From: Coleofasciculus chthonoplastes F2-STO-03
GTDB taxonomy: Bacteria; Cyanobacteriota; Cyanobacteriia; Cyanobacteriales; Coleofasciculaceae
Assembly: GCA_040222015.1 (NCBI GenBank)
Contig: JAVJWO010000154.1
Coordinates: 1 to 47,233 of the forward strand
DNA length: 47,233 bases
Direction of reading: 5' to 3'
The notes beneath the pieces are model-generated. The model was not told the DNA's origin and ran no database searches. It was given only the letters and a program-made list of their open reading frames with translations. Within the stretch, counting starts at the first letter, position 1. Every line of letters begins with the position of its first letter. Shown piece by piece: positions 9,166 through 19,021 of the stretch. The position numbers and the translations under genes are program-made.

Positions 9166-9717
9166 ATGGCTTCTCTGACAGCTCTGACCCGCAAAGACTT
9201 GGAGAAATTACAAGCAGAACATCCTGAGTATCCCATGGAGTTGGTTGACGGGCAAATCGTAATTATGAGTCCATCGGGTTATGAGTCAGATGAAGTCGTC
9301 GCCGAATTTGTCCGGGTTTTAGGTAATTGGGTAAGACCTCAAAAGCTTGGTCGGGTGACAGCTTCTAGTGCAGGTTTTGATCTACCAAATTCTAATGTCA
9401 GAGCGCCTGATGTTTCTTTTGTTTTAGCGAAACGGTTACCTAAAAGTCCTCGTTCGTTTGCGGAACTGGCTCCTGATTTAATGGTTAAGGTAAAGTCACC
9501 AACAGATACCTTAAAATCGTTGAGAGACAAGATTCAATTTTTTCTGGAGCAGGGAACAAAAGTTGGTATTTTGATGAATCCGCAACGGCGTCGGGTCGAA
9601 ATTTATCGTCCTGACTCCGAGGTTAAAGTTTTAAGCGATGGTGATGTACTAACGATTCCTGATTTACTTCCTGGTTTTGAGGTCGCTATTGTTGATTTGT
9701 GGTCGCCAGAATTTTAA
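9166..9717 (+). CDS. Uma2/DUF820 family putative endonuclease
   Basis: ELVDGQIVIMSP, RAPDVSFV, APDLMV(K)VKSP, LLPGF motifs. Confidence 0.9.
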   Translation: MASLTALTRKDLEKLQAEHPEYPMELVDGQIVIMSPSGYESDEVVAEFVRVLGNWVRPQKLGRVTASSAGFDLPNSNVRAPDVSFVLAKRLPKSPRSFAELAPDLMVKVKSPTDTLKSLRDKIQFFLEQGTKVGILMNPQRRRVEIYRPDSEVKVLSDGDVLTIPDLLPGFEVAIVDLWSPEF

Positions 9718-9736
9718 CTGTTTATCTTCCCGACAT

Positions 9737-9779
9737 CCCACACCCTGCCTATCCTTCACGTCTCTTGTCACCCCTTCAG
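9737..9779 (+). mobile_element. Right-end fragment of the MITE family seen at 43664-43794
   Basis: CCCACACCCTGCCTA...CTTGTCACCCCTTCAG matches 43750-43794. Confidence 0.65.
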
Positions 9780-9804
9780 GGAGTAGAGTTTTTCACCCAC
9801 AATT

Positions 9805-9888
9805 CTAGGGAATATCTAACACTTCGACAGCCTCAGCAACGATCACAGGCTTTCCGACATACTCAGCTTCTATCGTTATATTGTTCAT
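9805..9888 (-). CDS. Candidate 27-aa small protein (MNNITIEAEYVGKPVIVAEAVEVLDIP)
   Basis: ATG with GGAG 7 nt upstream; no recognised homology. Confidence 0.3.
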   Translation of the reverse strand: MNNITIEAEYVGKPVIVAEAVEVLDIP

Positions 9889-9920
9889 GGTGATGCTCCG
9901 ATAAAAAAGTTTTCAGAACT

Positions 9921-9980
9921 GTAGGGGCGGGTTTTACTATTAACGTTTTTTGTTGGTATCTAGGTAACTAAACCCGCCCT
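9921..9980. repeat. REP element GTAGGGGCGGGTTT...AAACCCGCCCT
   Basis: Same inverted termini as the 5953, 26991 and 28099 copies. Confidence 0.85.
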
Positions 9981-10049
9981 TATTTAAGTTTTTAAGGTTC
10001 TAAATGTGCCAGGGTTCATCTAATTTAAAATAGGATAATTTCCTAATAG

Positions 10050-10157
10050 TTAAGGGAGTAAAGAAAGCCAGTGAATTAACAACGGTGCGATAGCCAGTAG
10101 GCTGACTTGCACTAACGCGATCGCAATCCAGACAATAAGCTGCGGTGAAATAGGCAT
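10050..10157 (-). CDS. Candidate 35-aa hydrophobic peptide (MPISPQLIVWIAIALVQVSLLAIAPLLIHWLSLLP)
   Basis: ATG overlaps the antiporter-remnant stop (TGATG); single TM-like stretch. Confidence 0.4.
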   Translation of the reverse strand: MPISPQLIVWIAIALVQVSLLAIAPLLIHWLSLLP

Positions 10158-10551
10158 CAGTTACTTACTCCTGTTGGAATTTCAGGCAATTTGTTCAGCA
10201 ATGAACGCAGAATAATCGGTGCTAGGATGCTAGTCACCGCAGATACAACAACCATGGCGGCGAAAACCTGATTAGATACCGCCCACTCTCCCAATGAGAG
10301 TCCTTTACCCATGACAATCATGGTAATTTCGTCACGCCAACTTCGGCTAAAAACTCAAAAATTTCCTGCCCAGGTTCTCCCAGAAATTGCCACTGAGAAT
10401 CCGCCAGCCGCAGCAGAAAGCCTAGCACCAGATACCCCACTAAACTGGGTAAGCCCAAGCGCGTCATCCCTTCCTTAATTAGGATGGAAATCGTGCTAAT
10501 TGCGCCCACCAATAAAATCAATAGGGAGAGTGTCTGTGCTGATTCATTCAT
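10157..10551 (-). pseudogene. Cation:proton antiporter (CPA2-like) with large internal deletion and frameshift
   Basis: N-terminus ...LGLPSLVGYLVLGFLL...FLAEVGV is joined near 10333 to an out-of-frame C-terminus RDEITMIVMGKG...VFAAMVVVSAVTSILAPIILR...*. Confidence 0.8.
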
Positions 10552-10858
10552 CGGCAGACTCCTGTTGTACCCAGTACCAAGCATTGATGTAACCGAGAAC
10601 TAAACCCACCAACATTAAGGTCAGTGTCCAAGAAAAGGGAGTAGGCAAAGCTTCATCCAGCCACAGTCCAATTGCCACCCCAATTAATGTGGGAATGCCA
10701 ACCGACCAGCCGACAAACCCCATCAATGTCAAGCCATATAAAACACTTAAATTTTCTTCCGTGCGGGCTTTAAGTTTACGGATGGATTTATCTTTTATTT
10801 TCCCCAGAAACGTTGTGTTGTGTTGTCGTCGTCTCGAGTGATTAGGACGCTTCGCCAC
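10544..10858 (-). CDS. AtpZ/AtpI (ATPase gene 1, N-ATPase AtpQ-type) membrane protein
   Basis: RKLKAR...GFVGWSVGIPTLIGVAIGLWLD...SWTLTL; GTG start with AGGAGG RBS. Confidence 0.85.
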   Translation of the reverse strand: MAKRPNHSRRRQHNTTFLGKIKDKSIRKLKARTEENLSVLYGLTLMGFVGWSVGIPTLIGVAIGLWLDEALPTPFSWTLTLMLVGLVLGYINAWYWVQQESADE

Positions 10859-10924
10859 TTGACCCTCCTAATTCATATACGCCACGAGCAAAACTCGCTT
10901 CCAATTTCGCGATCGCACTCTCAT
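10842..10924 (-). pseudogene. 3' remnant of N-ATPase epsilon subunit (atpC-like)
   Basis: Frame reads SAIAKLEASFARGVYELGG...*, overlapping the atpQ-type start as in N-ATPase operons; no upstream continuation. Confidence 0.55.
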
Positions 10925-11116
10925 CTGAGAACTTAAGCTGGGGGTAAGCATGAGCGGGGTAGTTGACCTCTCCAGAGGACTAATCGCGTATGTGGTTGAG
11001 TATCCTTATTATTAATAAGTCAGTATTTGTTCCTAGAACATCCTCCTTTTGAAAGAGAGATGTTGATCGCAAGGTATGTCAACGAGAATAGAAGAGGGGT
11101 GAACAGGATATAACAA

Positions 11117-11474
11117 CCTGTAGGGGCGACCCGCTTACATCAATTCACAACACCCGTCCATTCAATGAGGTCAGGTCGCCCTCTATTCAAACTACAAGTT
11201 CTATGGGATAAGCTGTTCAGTCATCCAAGGAGTTTACGTTTCATGACATCTGGCTAAAACTTGCCGAGGGACTTTGCCTGCTTTTCCCATGTTCCCCCTA
11301 TTGTCAGAAGAAGATAACTGACAAAAACAACATATCAAACCCTTGGGTCAGAACGTATTTCTTGAGAATAAAATTACAGCCTCTTTGGAGGTTAACCCCT
11401 GTAGGGGCGACCCGCTTGCATCAATTAACAACACCAGTCCATTCAATGAGGTCGGGTCGCCCTCTACTCAAACT
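11117..11474 (+). repeat. Two copies of a ~77-bp REP-like element (11117-11193, 11398-11474)
   Basis: GTAGGGGCGACCC...GGTCGCCCTCTA with conserved interior. Confidence 0.88.
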
Positions 11475-11590
11475 GGATTTGGTGGTTAATGAAGTACGGA
11501 TAACAGGGAACAGGGAATAAGGAATTCTAGAAAAGAAAACTCATCATCTTATATCTCATCTGCACTTCCGCACCTCCGCACCTCTTCTAT

Positions 11591-14500
11591 TTACCAAGGA
11601 TTACCAACAATACTAAATGCTGACCAGTAATAGGGATGAGATAAGTCAGGGTTACCAGGCTTAGCATCAGCAATTGGCAAAGTAATGGCTTTATCCGATA
11701 AGATTAATTGATTGTCTTCATACTTAACCTTTCCTTCAATCATTGCCACTTGCGCCCGTCGCCATGCTTCCGCTTTAATCGGTGCATCATCCAGATTATT
11801 GTAAAACTCTGCCATCATTGGCAACGTTCCCCAATCCTCGATGTACCATAAACTGGCTAATACTGATTTAACTCCAGCTTTAGCTGCAAATCCAGCAAAC
11901 CCCAGTTCGGCACTCGGATCACCTAAAGCAGTACGACAAGCACTCAATACCACTAATTCTACAGCCGGATTATGCCAGCCTAAACTACGAATTTCGTCTA
12001 ATTTTACCTTCGTGTCCCATAACTGAATATAGGAATTACTGGGTGCGCCCGGTTCAAATTCTGCATGGGTAGCCAGATGAATAATACCAAAGGGTTTTTC
12101 TTCTCGTTGTGCCTTGAGATTGTTAACTGTAAAATTCTCATTGAGAAAGGCTTGACCACGCCATAATGTATTAGTCAGAATCGATACCTCAGCTGCCGCT
12201 GCTGGTAATTGCTCCAGAAGAGGATTATCGGGAAAATCTGAAGCACCCATTGCCAAAACAGGCATCGTTTTAATATTGGCATAACGGGTATCTGTGAGAC
12301 TCACACTGGGCATCAAACTCACACTATATCGCCGCACAATAAAGTCATTTCCATCATGGATAGCGGCTATGGGTAATGAGCGCAACCCTTCATCGAGAAT
12401 AAATACTAAATTCTCAATTCCTGTTTCTTGTAAATCTGTTTCTAAGGGGGCTACCATCCATTGATACAGTTGTTTGGCGTCATCTAAATATCCAAACCCA
12501 CCATCAATAATTTCTTGACGAAAGTTCTGTCCTGTATTCAGGACATCAGACTGTTTAGCCCCTGACACTCGCTTGGTAATAACATCCCGATCCGCTGTTA
12601 CCAGCATCAGTTCTAATTCCATTTCTGAGTTCGTGCTGCTCGGTACAAAAACCCCATAAATTACAGCAGGTTTGACCCCAGTCGCCACTTCAATGCTACG
12701 CAAGCGATTGCGGATTTCATCCAAGGTGAGGATTTTTTCCGCCTCCATTCCCAGTTGTTTCTCAAATGCCTGGGTAAAGTAGCGCTCTATTTTGTAAACA
12801 TCAGCGTTGATAATTGGCTCTTGATCTAAGGCATTAGGAGTAGGAGGACGCTCTAACGGTCTCTTAAACTCTATTAACGGATTGGTTGCAGGATCAGTTG
12901 CAGGATCAGTGGTAATAATCCGGATATTCCCGAGCGTATAACTTCCCGGAAATGACTGAACAGGTGCAATCGTAAACTCTCCACTGGTAATGGCTTGTGC
13001 CGTACCATTCGTATTGCCATTACCGACAACAAAAGGCTCAATCACCTCCTGTGCGCCACCATCATGACGAATCGTAATATCGCCGCCACCGTTACCGCCT
13101 GCTGTAGAAATACTAGCTTCTATCCCATTTTGATCGGTAAAGCTTCCTGTTGCTTGAAAGAATTGTTGCGTAGTGATGTCAACATCACCACCTTGACCAT
13201 TACTTCCGCCTTGGGCATTAATAGAATTGACGGTAATATCTTCCAGGGGATCGAGAGTAACGTTACCGCCATCGCCTTCAGTACCGCTAGAATTGATGGC
13301 TCCCGTTGTAATCCTGATCTTCGCATTTACGGTAATATCGCCACCAGTGGCGGCAGAAGAATTCAAGTCACCCGTATTAATGTCTTCGGCTTGACTGGTG
13401 AGATTAATTGTTCCACCAGACGTTGTGATATTTTCTGTGGTTAAGTTACTATCGGCAGTCACATTTACATGACTACCACCAGAATCTAAGTCACCACTCG
13501 TGACGGTTCCTGCTTGACTAGTGAGGTTAATTGTGCCACCAGAGGTTGTGATATTTTCGGTGTTTAGATAATTACTAGCCGTTGCGTCTACACTACCACC
13601 GCCGGAATCCAAGTTACCACTATTGACTCCTCCCTCTTTACTGGTGAGATTAATTGTGCCACCAGACGTTGTGATATTTTCTACAGTGATATTGTTCGTT
13701 GCTCTTAATTCTACATTGCCTTCAGTTGCGCTAATATTGCCGACTATCAAGCCATCACTGGTGTTGAGTTCTAAATCCCCATTGAATAGTTGTAAATCGC
13801 TCAGATTAACTGTGCCAGTTCCTGATTGATGTGTAAAGCTAGTGGCTGCGATCGCGTCTTTTGCCGTTACATTCCTCGCACTAGCAATAGTCAGATTTCC
13901 CAGAGGTGTATCGCTACCGACTTGTCCCTCAAAGATTACATTACCCGTTCCCGTCGTCAGTGTGAGATTTTGCGTCCCATCGAGACGATTATTAAACAGG
14001 ATATCTCCAGTTCCATTACCTGTAGACAAGAACGTTTCACCCGTCAGCGTGAAAGCCGTATCAACCTGAATTGTTCCCCCCTGACTGTTGAAACGAATTT
14101 CACCCCCATTAGTAGAAACATTACCCCCATTCTGAATTTCTATATCGCCCCCTTGACTAGCGAAATTAATCTCACCAGTATTGGTAGAGACATTACCACC
14201 ACTCTGAATTTCTATATCGCCTCCTTGACTGGCAAAACTCATCTCTCCGTTAGTCGTCTCCACATTTCCACTGGCAATAATATTACCGCCTGTGGTTTTA
14301 ATATCAACATCTCCACCGACGTTAATCGTTGCCGTTTCTCCAACATTGACATTTCCACCTGTAGGATTATTATGTTCTACAATCAGATCTCCTGTCTGAG
14401 TAATAATCTCGCCGAGAACATTAATATCTCCCCTTTCTTCCCCTGGATCGAGTTGAAGATATATATCGCCACTCCCCGAATTTAGTGTGAAGCCATCAGC

Positions 14501-17500
14501 TATTTCTATAAAAGCGTCGCCAGGATCACGATAGTCTTGAATGGCATCGCGATCATTGGCAACTAATGTTAAATTCCCATCATCTGTGGTGATATTAGCA
14601 TTGACAAAAATACTTCGACCTGCTCTTAATTTCAGCGAGCCTCCAGTTCCGTTTTGATTGTCAGTGATAATTGACTCATTTACAGTAATGTCATTGTTTG
14701 CTTGAAACTCAATTTCGGTTCCCGTGTTAGTAATGTTGGTAATAGTAGCGACATCAATAGTCACAGATTGGTCACGATTATCGCCAAACTCAAAGCTGGA
14801 GCCAAACAAATAAATATTCCCTTCATCGTTCATACCTCCTGGCGCTCCCACTACCACATTTCTCCCTACCCCAGCAACCGCATTACCAAAATTGCTGGGT
14901 GAATCCGAGGGCTTGGTAAAGGTTTGCCACAAACGCCCAGTATCAGCATCGAGCAGGGGTTCATACAAATAGGTTGCATTTTCTCCGGGGGCGCTGACAA
15001 CAACGTTAAACCCTAATGCAGACTCCGCCGATTCTACTACCGCTACTGAAGTACCAAATTGACCGTTATTAGAATTGGGACTAGAAAAAGTATTTTGCAA
15101 CTCGCCATCTTGATTAAACCAATAGACAGCACCTTGAACTCCGTCTCCCAGATTATCCTGAGGAGCGCCCACCAGTATTTGCGACCCCATCGCGGCTACT
15201 GAATGACCAAACCGCCCGCTATCTGTTGGACGGGGACTGATCAAACGTTGTGCTTGATTAGGGTTACTATTGCTAAATAAATAAACCGCACCTGCAGTTC
15301 GGTTGTTAGCATCTTTGTCCACTGCCATTTCTCTAGGCGCTCCCACCAGCACATCGGATTCCACGCCAGCTACCGAATAGCCAAATTGACCACCAGCTAC
15401 AGGATTAGAACTGAAAAACGATGCTTTTGCTGTATTACTATCGCCATTAAATAAATAAGCAGCACCTGAATCTGTTATTTCGTTGTGATCATCTCCTGGA
15501 GCGCCGACTAGAACATTTGACTCCACAGCGGCGACAGAGTAGCCGAAGCCTAATTGAGTGTCACCTGTAGTCGTCGAGGAATTTGGGTTGGTGTAAGCTT
15601 GTATGAGTCCATCGCGATCAAATAAATAAGCCCTTCCTTCTTTTCCGTTCTCTCCCGGCGCACCAACGATAACTTTATCTGATCCCATCCCAGCTATAGC
15701 AAAACCGAATCGACCATTGTCGGTTTTATCTTGACTGGTGAACGTGTCTATTTCTATTCCTGTACTACCATCAAACAAATAGGCAATACCTACGTCGTTT
15801 TGTCCACCTTCATCGTATCCCGGATCACCTACGAGTACGTCTGAACCTAGCGCCGCAACTGAATAACCAAACTGATTTTCCGTTGATGAAGGATCAGGAT
15901 TAAAGCGTATCGCTAAGGGTGAATTTGCGTCTCCAATCGTGATATTTTTAGGATCAAGCAGTAACGTACCCGGTTGACCGTTAATTGCTCCCGCATCAGC
16001 ATGACCCGTAAAAATCAGCAATTCTTTGCCAGAAACTTCAATAAATCCCCCATCTCCCGCTTCCGTTCCACCACGGGCGCTAATGGTTCCATAAAAGCCC
16101 GTAACGTCATCTGCCCAAACAAACACCTCACCGCCTGTCCCCTGTACTCCAGCATCAGCCGTAATCAGCGAGTTTTCACTGACTAGAGTTTGAGACGCAT
16201 TAAACGTACCTTGACCTTGATAGTCGCCACCAAGTCGTACTGTTCCGCCGCCATACATCCCAGAGGCGTTAATTGTGGCATCAAATACACCAACTTTGTT
16301 GCCAAACACATTCACCGACTGGGAATCGACAGTAGGAGATGCATGAGAAACATCTAGCGTACCCGACGCGATCGCAACCCCGGCTTCGGTTGGTACAGTG
16401 ATACCAGACTCCTGAAGCTGTACTTGACCTGTATCCGTAACGGTTAATCCCGTCTCTACGCTTTCCTCTGTACCCGTCAGCAGCCTTGGCAAATCCAAGG
16501 GATCAATTGCCTCTATCTCCCCATTCTCATTGGTAGATGGTACAATTTCTAAACTTAATAATTGTCCCGGTTGACTGATCCGCACCCGATTGGATTCCGG
16601 TACAGCCGCCATTGTAATTGTGCCACCCGGTGCAGTCAGTTGCCCGGTATTAATCGTATTTCCTGCCAGTAGGGTTAAATTATGCCCTTCTGATACAGCG
16701 AGATTTCCGCCATTAATGAGAGTGGCGGGTTGAGCTAAATCAAAGGCAAACTGATTGGGATCACCGATTAACGTCTGATAATTATTTTCACTAAAGACAT
16801 TAAACCACTGATCTCCCGCAAAACCAATTCCTGTCGCGGTTGTAGCGGTAAACGATGCGGGAACATTTAAACTGGCATTCGCCCCAAATACAATCCCCGC
16901 CGGATTCATTAAAAATAAATTCGAGTTGCCCCCGGTAACTTGAATCAAACCATTTATAATTGAAGCTTCCCCACCAACTACCCGACCCAAGATATTGCGA
17001 ATTTGGGGATTAGACAGAAAATTGGCAATTTCACCCGATGAAAGACCAAAGTCTTGGAAACTGTGAAATAGATTTTCCCCATCTCCGGAAAATGTGCCAC
17101 CGTCGATGTTAAATTGGTTACTGTTTTGCTCAACCGTTGTACCTGTCCCATCACCTGCCCCGGTAACGGACTGAGCCACAATTAGACTTGGGGGGTTGAT
17201 CGGTGTGGCTTCTTTGGTTAAAATGTAATCTTTAACAAAAGTAGTGGGTGGGTATGGCTGAGTAATTGAGGTGTTTCTCAATAGAGAGTCAGGGTTAAAC
17301 TGAGGAACAATCGGTACGTCTGTTTTATGCATATCGAGACGGATCGATATTGCCTGAGTTGGCTGTATGCTAGTCGCACCCAAAATGGGTAAGGTAGCCA
17401 ACAGCAGGATTGCTCCTTTCATTGCAGAATTAATCATAGGGGCTACAAAACTCCGTGCAATAAGTAGAACTGATGTATTAGAACTTGACAGACAGGATTC

Positions 17501-17503
17501 CAC
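11591..17503 (-). CDS. Filamentous haemagglutinin N-terminal (TPS) domain + FG-GAP repeats + beta-helix repeats + C-terminal CHAT protease domain
   Basis: NLFHSFQDF and LMNPAGI (TPS); seven FGxxVA..VGAP-like repeats; NITTSGGTINLTS repeats; IIHLATHAEF, LSACRTA and HPYYWSAF (CHAT). True start may be a downstream ATG (~17437 or 17422). Confidence 0.92.
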   Translation of the reverse strand: MESCLSSSNTSVLLIARSFVAPMINSAMKGAILLLATLPILGATSIQPTQAISIRLDMHKTDVPIVPQFNPDSLLRNTSITQPYPPTTFVKDYILTKEATPINPPSLIVAQSVTGAGDGTGTTVEQNSNQFNIDGGTFSGDGENLFHSFQDFGLSSGEIANFLSNPQIRNILGRVVGGEASIINGLIQVTGGNSNLFLMNPAGIVFGANASLNVPASFTATTATGIGFAGDQWFNVFSENNYQTLIGDPNQFAFDLAQPATLINGGNLAVSEGHNLTLLAGNTINTGQLTAPGGTITMAAVPESNRVRISQPGQLLSLEIVPSTNENGEIEAIDPLDLPRLLTGTEESVETGLTVTDTGQVQLQESGITVPTEAGVAIASGTLDVSHASPTVDSQSVNVFGNKVGVFDATINASGMYGGGTVRLGGDYQGQGTFNASQTLVSENSLITADAGVQGTGGEVFVWADDVTGFYGTISARGGTEAGDGGFIEVSGKELLIFTGHADAGAINGQPGTLLLDPKNITIGDANSPLAIRFNPDPSSTENQFGYSVAALGSDVLVGDPGYDEGGQNDVGIAYLFDGSTGIEIDTFTSQDKTDNGRFGFAIAGMGSDKVIVGAPGENGKEGRAYLFDRDGLIQAYTNPNSSTTTGDTQLGFGYSVAAVESNVLVGAPGDDHNEITDSGAAYLFNGDSNTAKASFFSSNPVAGGQFGYSVAGVESDVLVGAPREMAVDKDANNRTAGAVYLFSNSNPNQAQRLISPRPTDSGRFGHSVAAMGSQILVGAPQDNLGDGVQGAVYWFNQDGELQNTFSSPNSNNGQFGTSVAVVESAESALGFNVVVSAPGENATYLYEPLLDADTGRLWQTFTKPSDSPSNFGNAVAGVGRNVVVGAPGGMNDEGNIYLFGSSFEFGDNRDQSVTIDVATITNITNTGTEIEFQANNDITVNESIITDNQNGTGGSLKLRAGRSIFVNANITTDDGNLTLVANDRDAIQDYRDPGDAFIEIADGFTLNSGSGDIYLQLDPGEERGDINVLGEIITQTGDLIVEHNNPTGGNVNVGETATINVGGDVDIKTTGGNIIASGNVETTNGEMSFASQGGDIEIQSGGNVSTNTGEINFASQGGDIEIQNGGNVSTNGGEIRFNSQGGTIQVDTAFTLTGETFLSTGNGTGDILFNNRLDGTQNLTLTTGTGNVIFEGQVGSDTPLGNLTIASARNVTAKDAIAATSFTHQSGTGTVNLSDLQLFNGDLELNTSDGLIVGNISATEGNVELRATNNITVENITTSGGTINLTSKEGGVNSGNLDSGGGSVDATASNYLNTENITTSGGTINLTSQAGTVTSGDLDSGGSHVNVTADSNLTTENITTSGGTINLTSQAEDINTGDLNSSAATGGDITVNAKIRITTGAINSSGTEGDGGNVTLDPLEDITVNSINAQGGSNGQGGDVDITTQQFFQATGSFTDQNGIEASISTAGGNGGGDITIRHDGGAQEVIEPFVVGNGNTNGTAQAITSGEFTIAPVQSFPGSYTLGNIRIITTDPATDPATNPLIEFKRPLERPPTPNALDQEPIINADVYKIERYFTQAFEKQLGMEAEKILTLDEIRNRLRSIEVATGVKPAVIYGVFVPSSTNSEMELELMLVTADRDVITKRVSGAKQSDVLNTGQNFRQEIIDGGFGYLDDAKQLYQWMVAPLETDLQETGIENLVFILDEGLRSLPIAAIHDGNDFIVRRYSVSLMPSVSLTDTRYANIKTMPVLAMGASDFPDNPLLEQLPAAAAEVSILTNTLWRGQAFLNENFTVNNLKAQREEKPFGIIHLATHAEFEPGAPSNSYIQLWDTKVKLDEIRSLGWHNPAVELVVLSACRTALGDPSAELGFAGFAAKAGVKSVLASLWYIEDWGTLPMMAEFYNNLDDAPIKAEAWRRAQVAMIEGKVKYEDNQLILSDKAITLPIADAKPGNPDLSHPYYWSAFSIVGNPW

Positions 17504-17574
17504 TCAACCCTAAATAAGGTAAGTTCTAACTAGAAGCCGCACCGAATCCCAATACGATTACTCAGCTATCAAAT

Positions 17575-17588
17575 AGTACGTTAGTACG
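17575..17588. promoter_or_regulatory. Putative cyanobacterial LexA box
   Basis: AGTACGTTAGTACG fits RGTACNNNDGTWCB; ~70 bp upstream of the TPS-CHAT ORF. Confidence 0.35.
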
Positions 17589-18104
17589 TTGACTTTTAAA
17601 GAGACACCAAAATTATTGCGGTTGAATTACTATTGCGGTTGAATTATCGTCGAAAATATCTGAATAATCAACCTGGGCTATCTGTTATCGGTTTCAGCTA
17701 TGGTGAACCTAGGCAAATGCACAATAGATACCTATCAAAGAAATTCAGAACTTGGAATCTCTTTGCCGAGATGACTCAATTATGGTCAGCCACCAACCTA
17801 TATTCTCAAAGGACAACAAAATACTAAATCATTGGACAAAAAAGCCACAGTATTTAGTGATACACCGCTGACTACTTTAGACAAACTATCCAATCTACTT
17901 CTTTATAGCACACTGTTTCAAGGGTCAGGCGGCTATCGAATGAAAATTAGGGGCAATGCAATAAGCTGTTGTCTGTTGGGTACAAGAGAACAGCTAGAGT
18001 GGGAAAGCGAATGATCGAACGAGGATAGTGTAGCGGGGTCTTACGGGTTCAAATCAAGTCGCTGATATCTCCTGTTTAACGTGGAATGGCGAACATCCAC
18101 TAGA

Positions 18105-18190
18105 TATAGCGGTTTTTGGCAATGATGAAAGACAAGCAACCCTAGTTAAAGGACAGGGTGATTGATAATTCTCAATTGAGAACCGCTAGA
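18105..18190. mobile_element. Degenerate MITE with TATAGCGGTT...AACCGCTAGA ends
   Basis: Imperfect terminal inverted repeats of the TATAGC class. Confidence 0.5.
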
Positions 18191-18202
18191 AACAGTTGGG
18201 GA

Positions 18203-19021
18203 TTACCGCGCCGAAGCACTACAGCATTCAGTAATGGGTTTGGATGCGATCGCGTCGAGTTCAATATCCTCTAACAAGTTAATCCAATCCATCGCCAGGG
18301 CGTAATTGGCAGTCTGAGTACGGCGAAGATTGCCGATCAGGGTGAGAGAGTCAAACCAAATCCCATTTCGGGCTAAAACAATGGCGCGATCGCGGGGAGT
18401 CAACGCCCGATTCAATCCTTGTTGGAGTTCAGCCGTTAAAGGAACACGTTGGATGGAACCTCTAACTCGGACTCGTTTGGGATCACTGCGAACCGCCGCC
18501 TGTTGGGGATCTTCACAGTAAACGGTAAAAATCCAGTTGTAGTATTGGTTTTCCTGGAGTGCAGGTGTGCTGGGCGGTAAAGTGATACTCATCACACCGG
18601 GTAGGGCATTCGTCACAGGATAGGTGGTTTCGTACACTTTCTCCCCCTGATCACTCCAGAGGGCAAATTTCATCGAGTGGAATTTCTTTGCGCCATCGGG
18701 AACATAAAACCAGAAGGTAGGATGTTCCTCTACCGTTAATCCCACATTGGTATCGGGAATTAGGGCGAACAGAGATTCTCCAGATTGACTTCCCCCACAG
18801 AGACTACGACTCGCGCCACCTGTACGATTACCGGAACGGGGGCTTCCCCGACCCGATAGATCTAGATTAAACTCAAGCATATCTTGCAGCGAGGGAGTAT
18901 TACTCGCTGAGTTGGTCGGTTGAGAGTAAGTCGGAAGGGGACTAACCAGACAACCAACCACGATTGATGCGATCGCCACAACACGTTTAATGGGTTGAGG
19001 CGATATAGGTATCCTAGTCAT
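18203..19021 (-). CDS. DUF928 domain protein with signal peptide
   Basis: RTGGASRSLC, LTVEEHPTFWFYVP, NGIWFDSL, CC at C-terminus; hydrophobic N-terminus. Confidence 0.9.
   Translation of the reverse strand: MTRIPISPQPIKRVVAIASIVVGCLVSPLPTYSQPTNSASNTPSLQDMLEFNLDLSGRGSPRSGNRTGGASRSLCGGSQSGESLFALIPDTNVGLTVEEHPTFWFYVPDGAKKFHSMKFALWSDQGEKVYETTYPVTNALPGVMSITLPPSTPALQENQYYNWIFTVYCEDPQQAAVRSDPKRVRVRGSIQRVPLTAELQQGLNRALTPRDRAIVLARNGIWFDSLTLIGNLRRTQTANYALAMDWINLLEDIELDAIASKPITECCSASAR

Noticed and set aside
12995..16186. Plus-strand ORFs within the TPS-CHAT gene
   Set aside because: Antisense shadows of a repetitive coding region, with no motifs.
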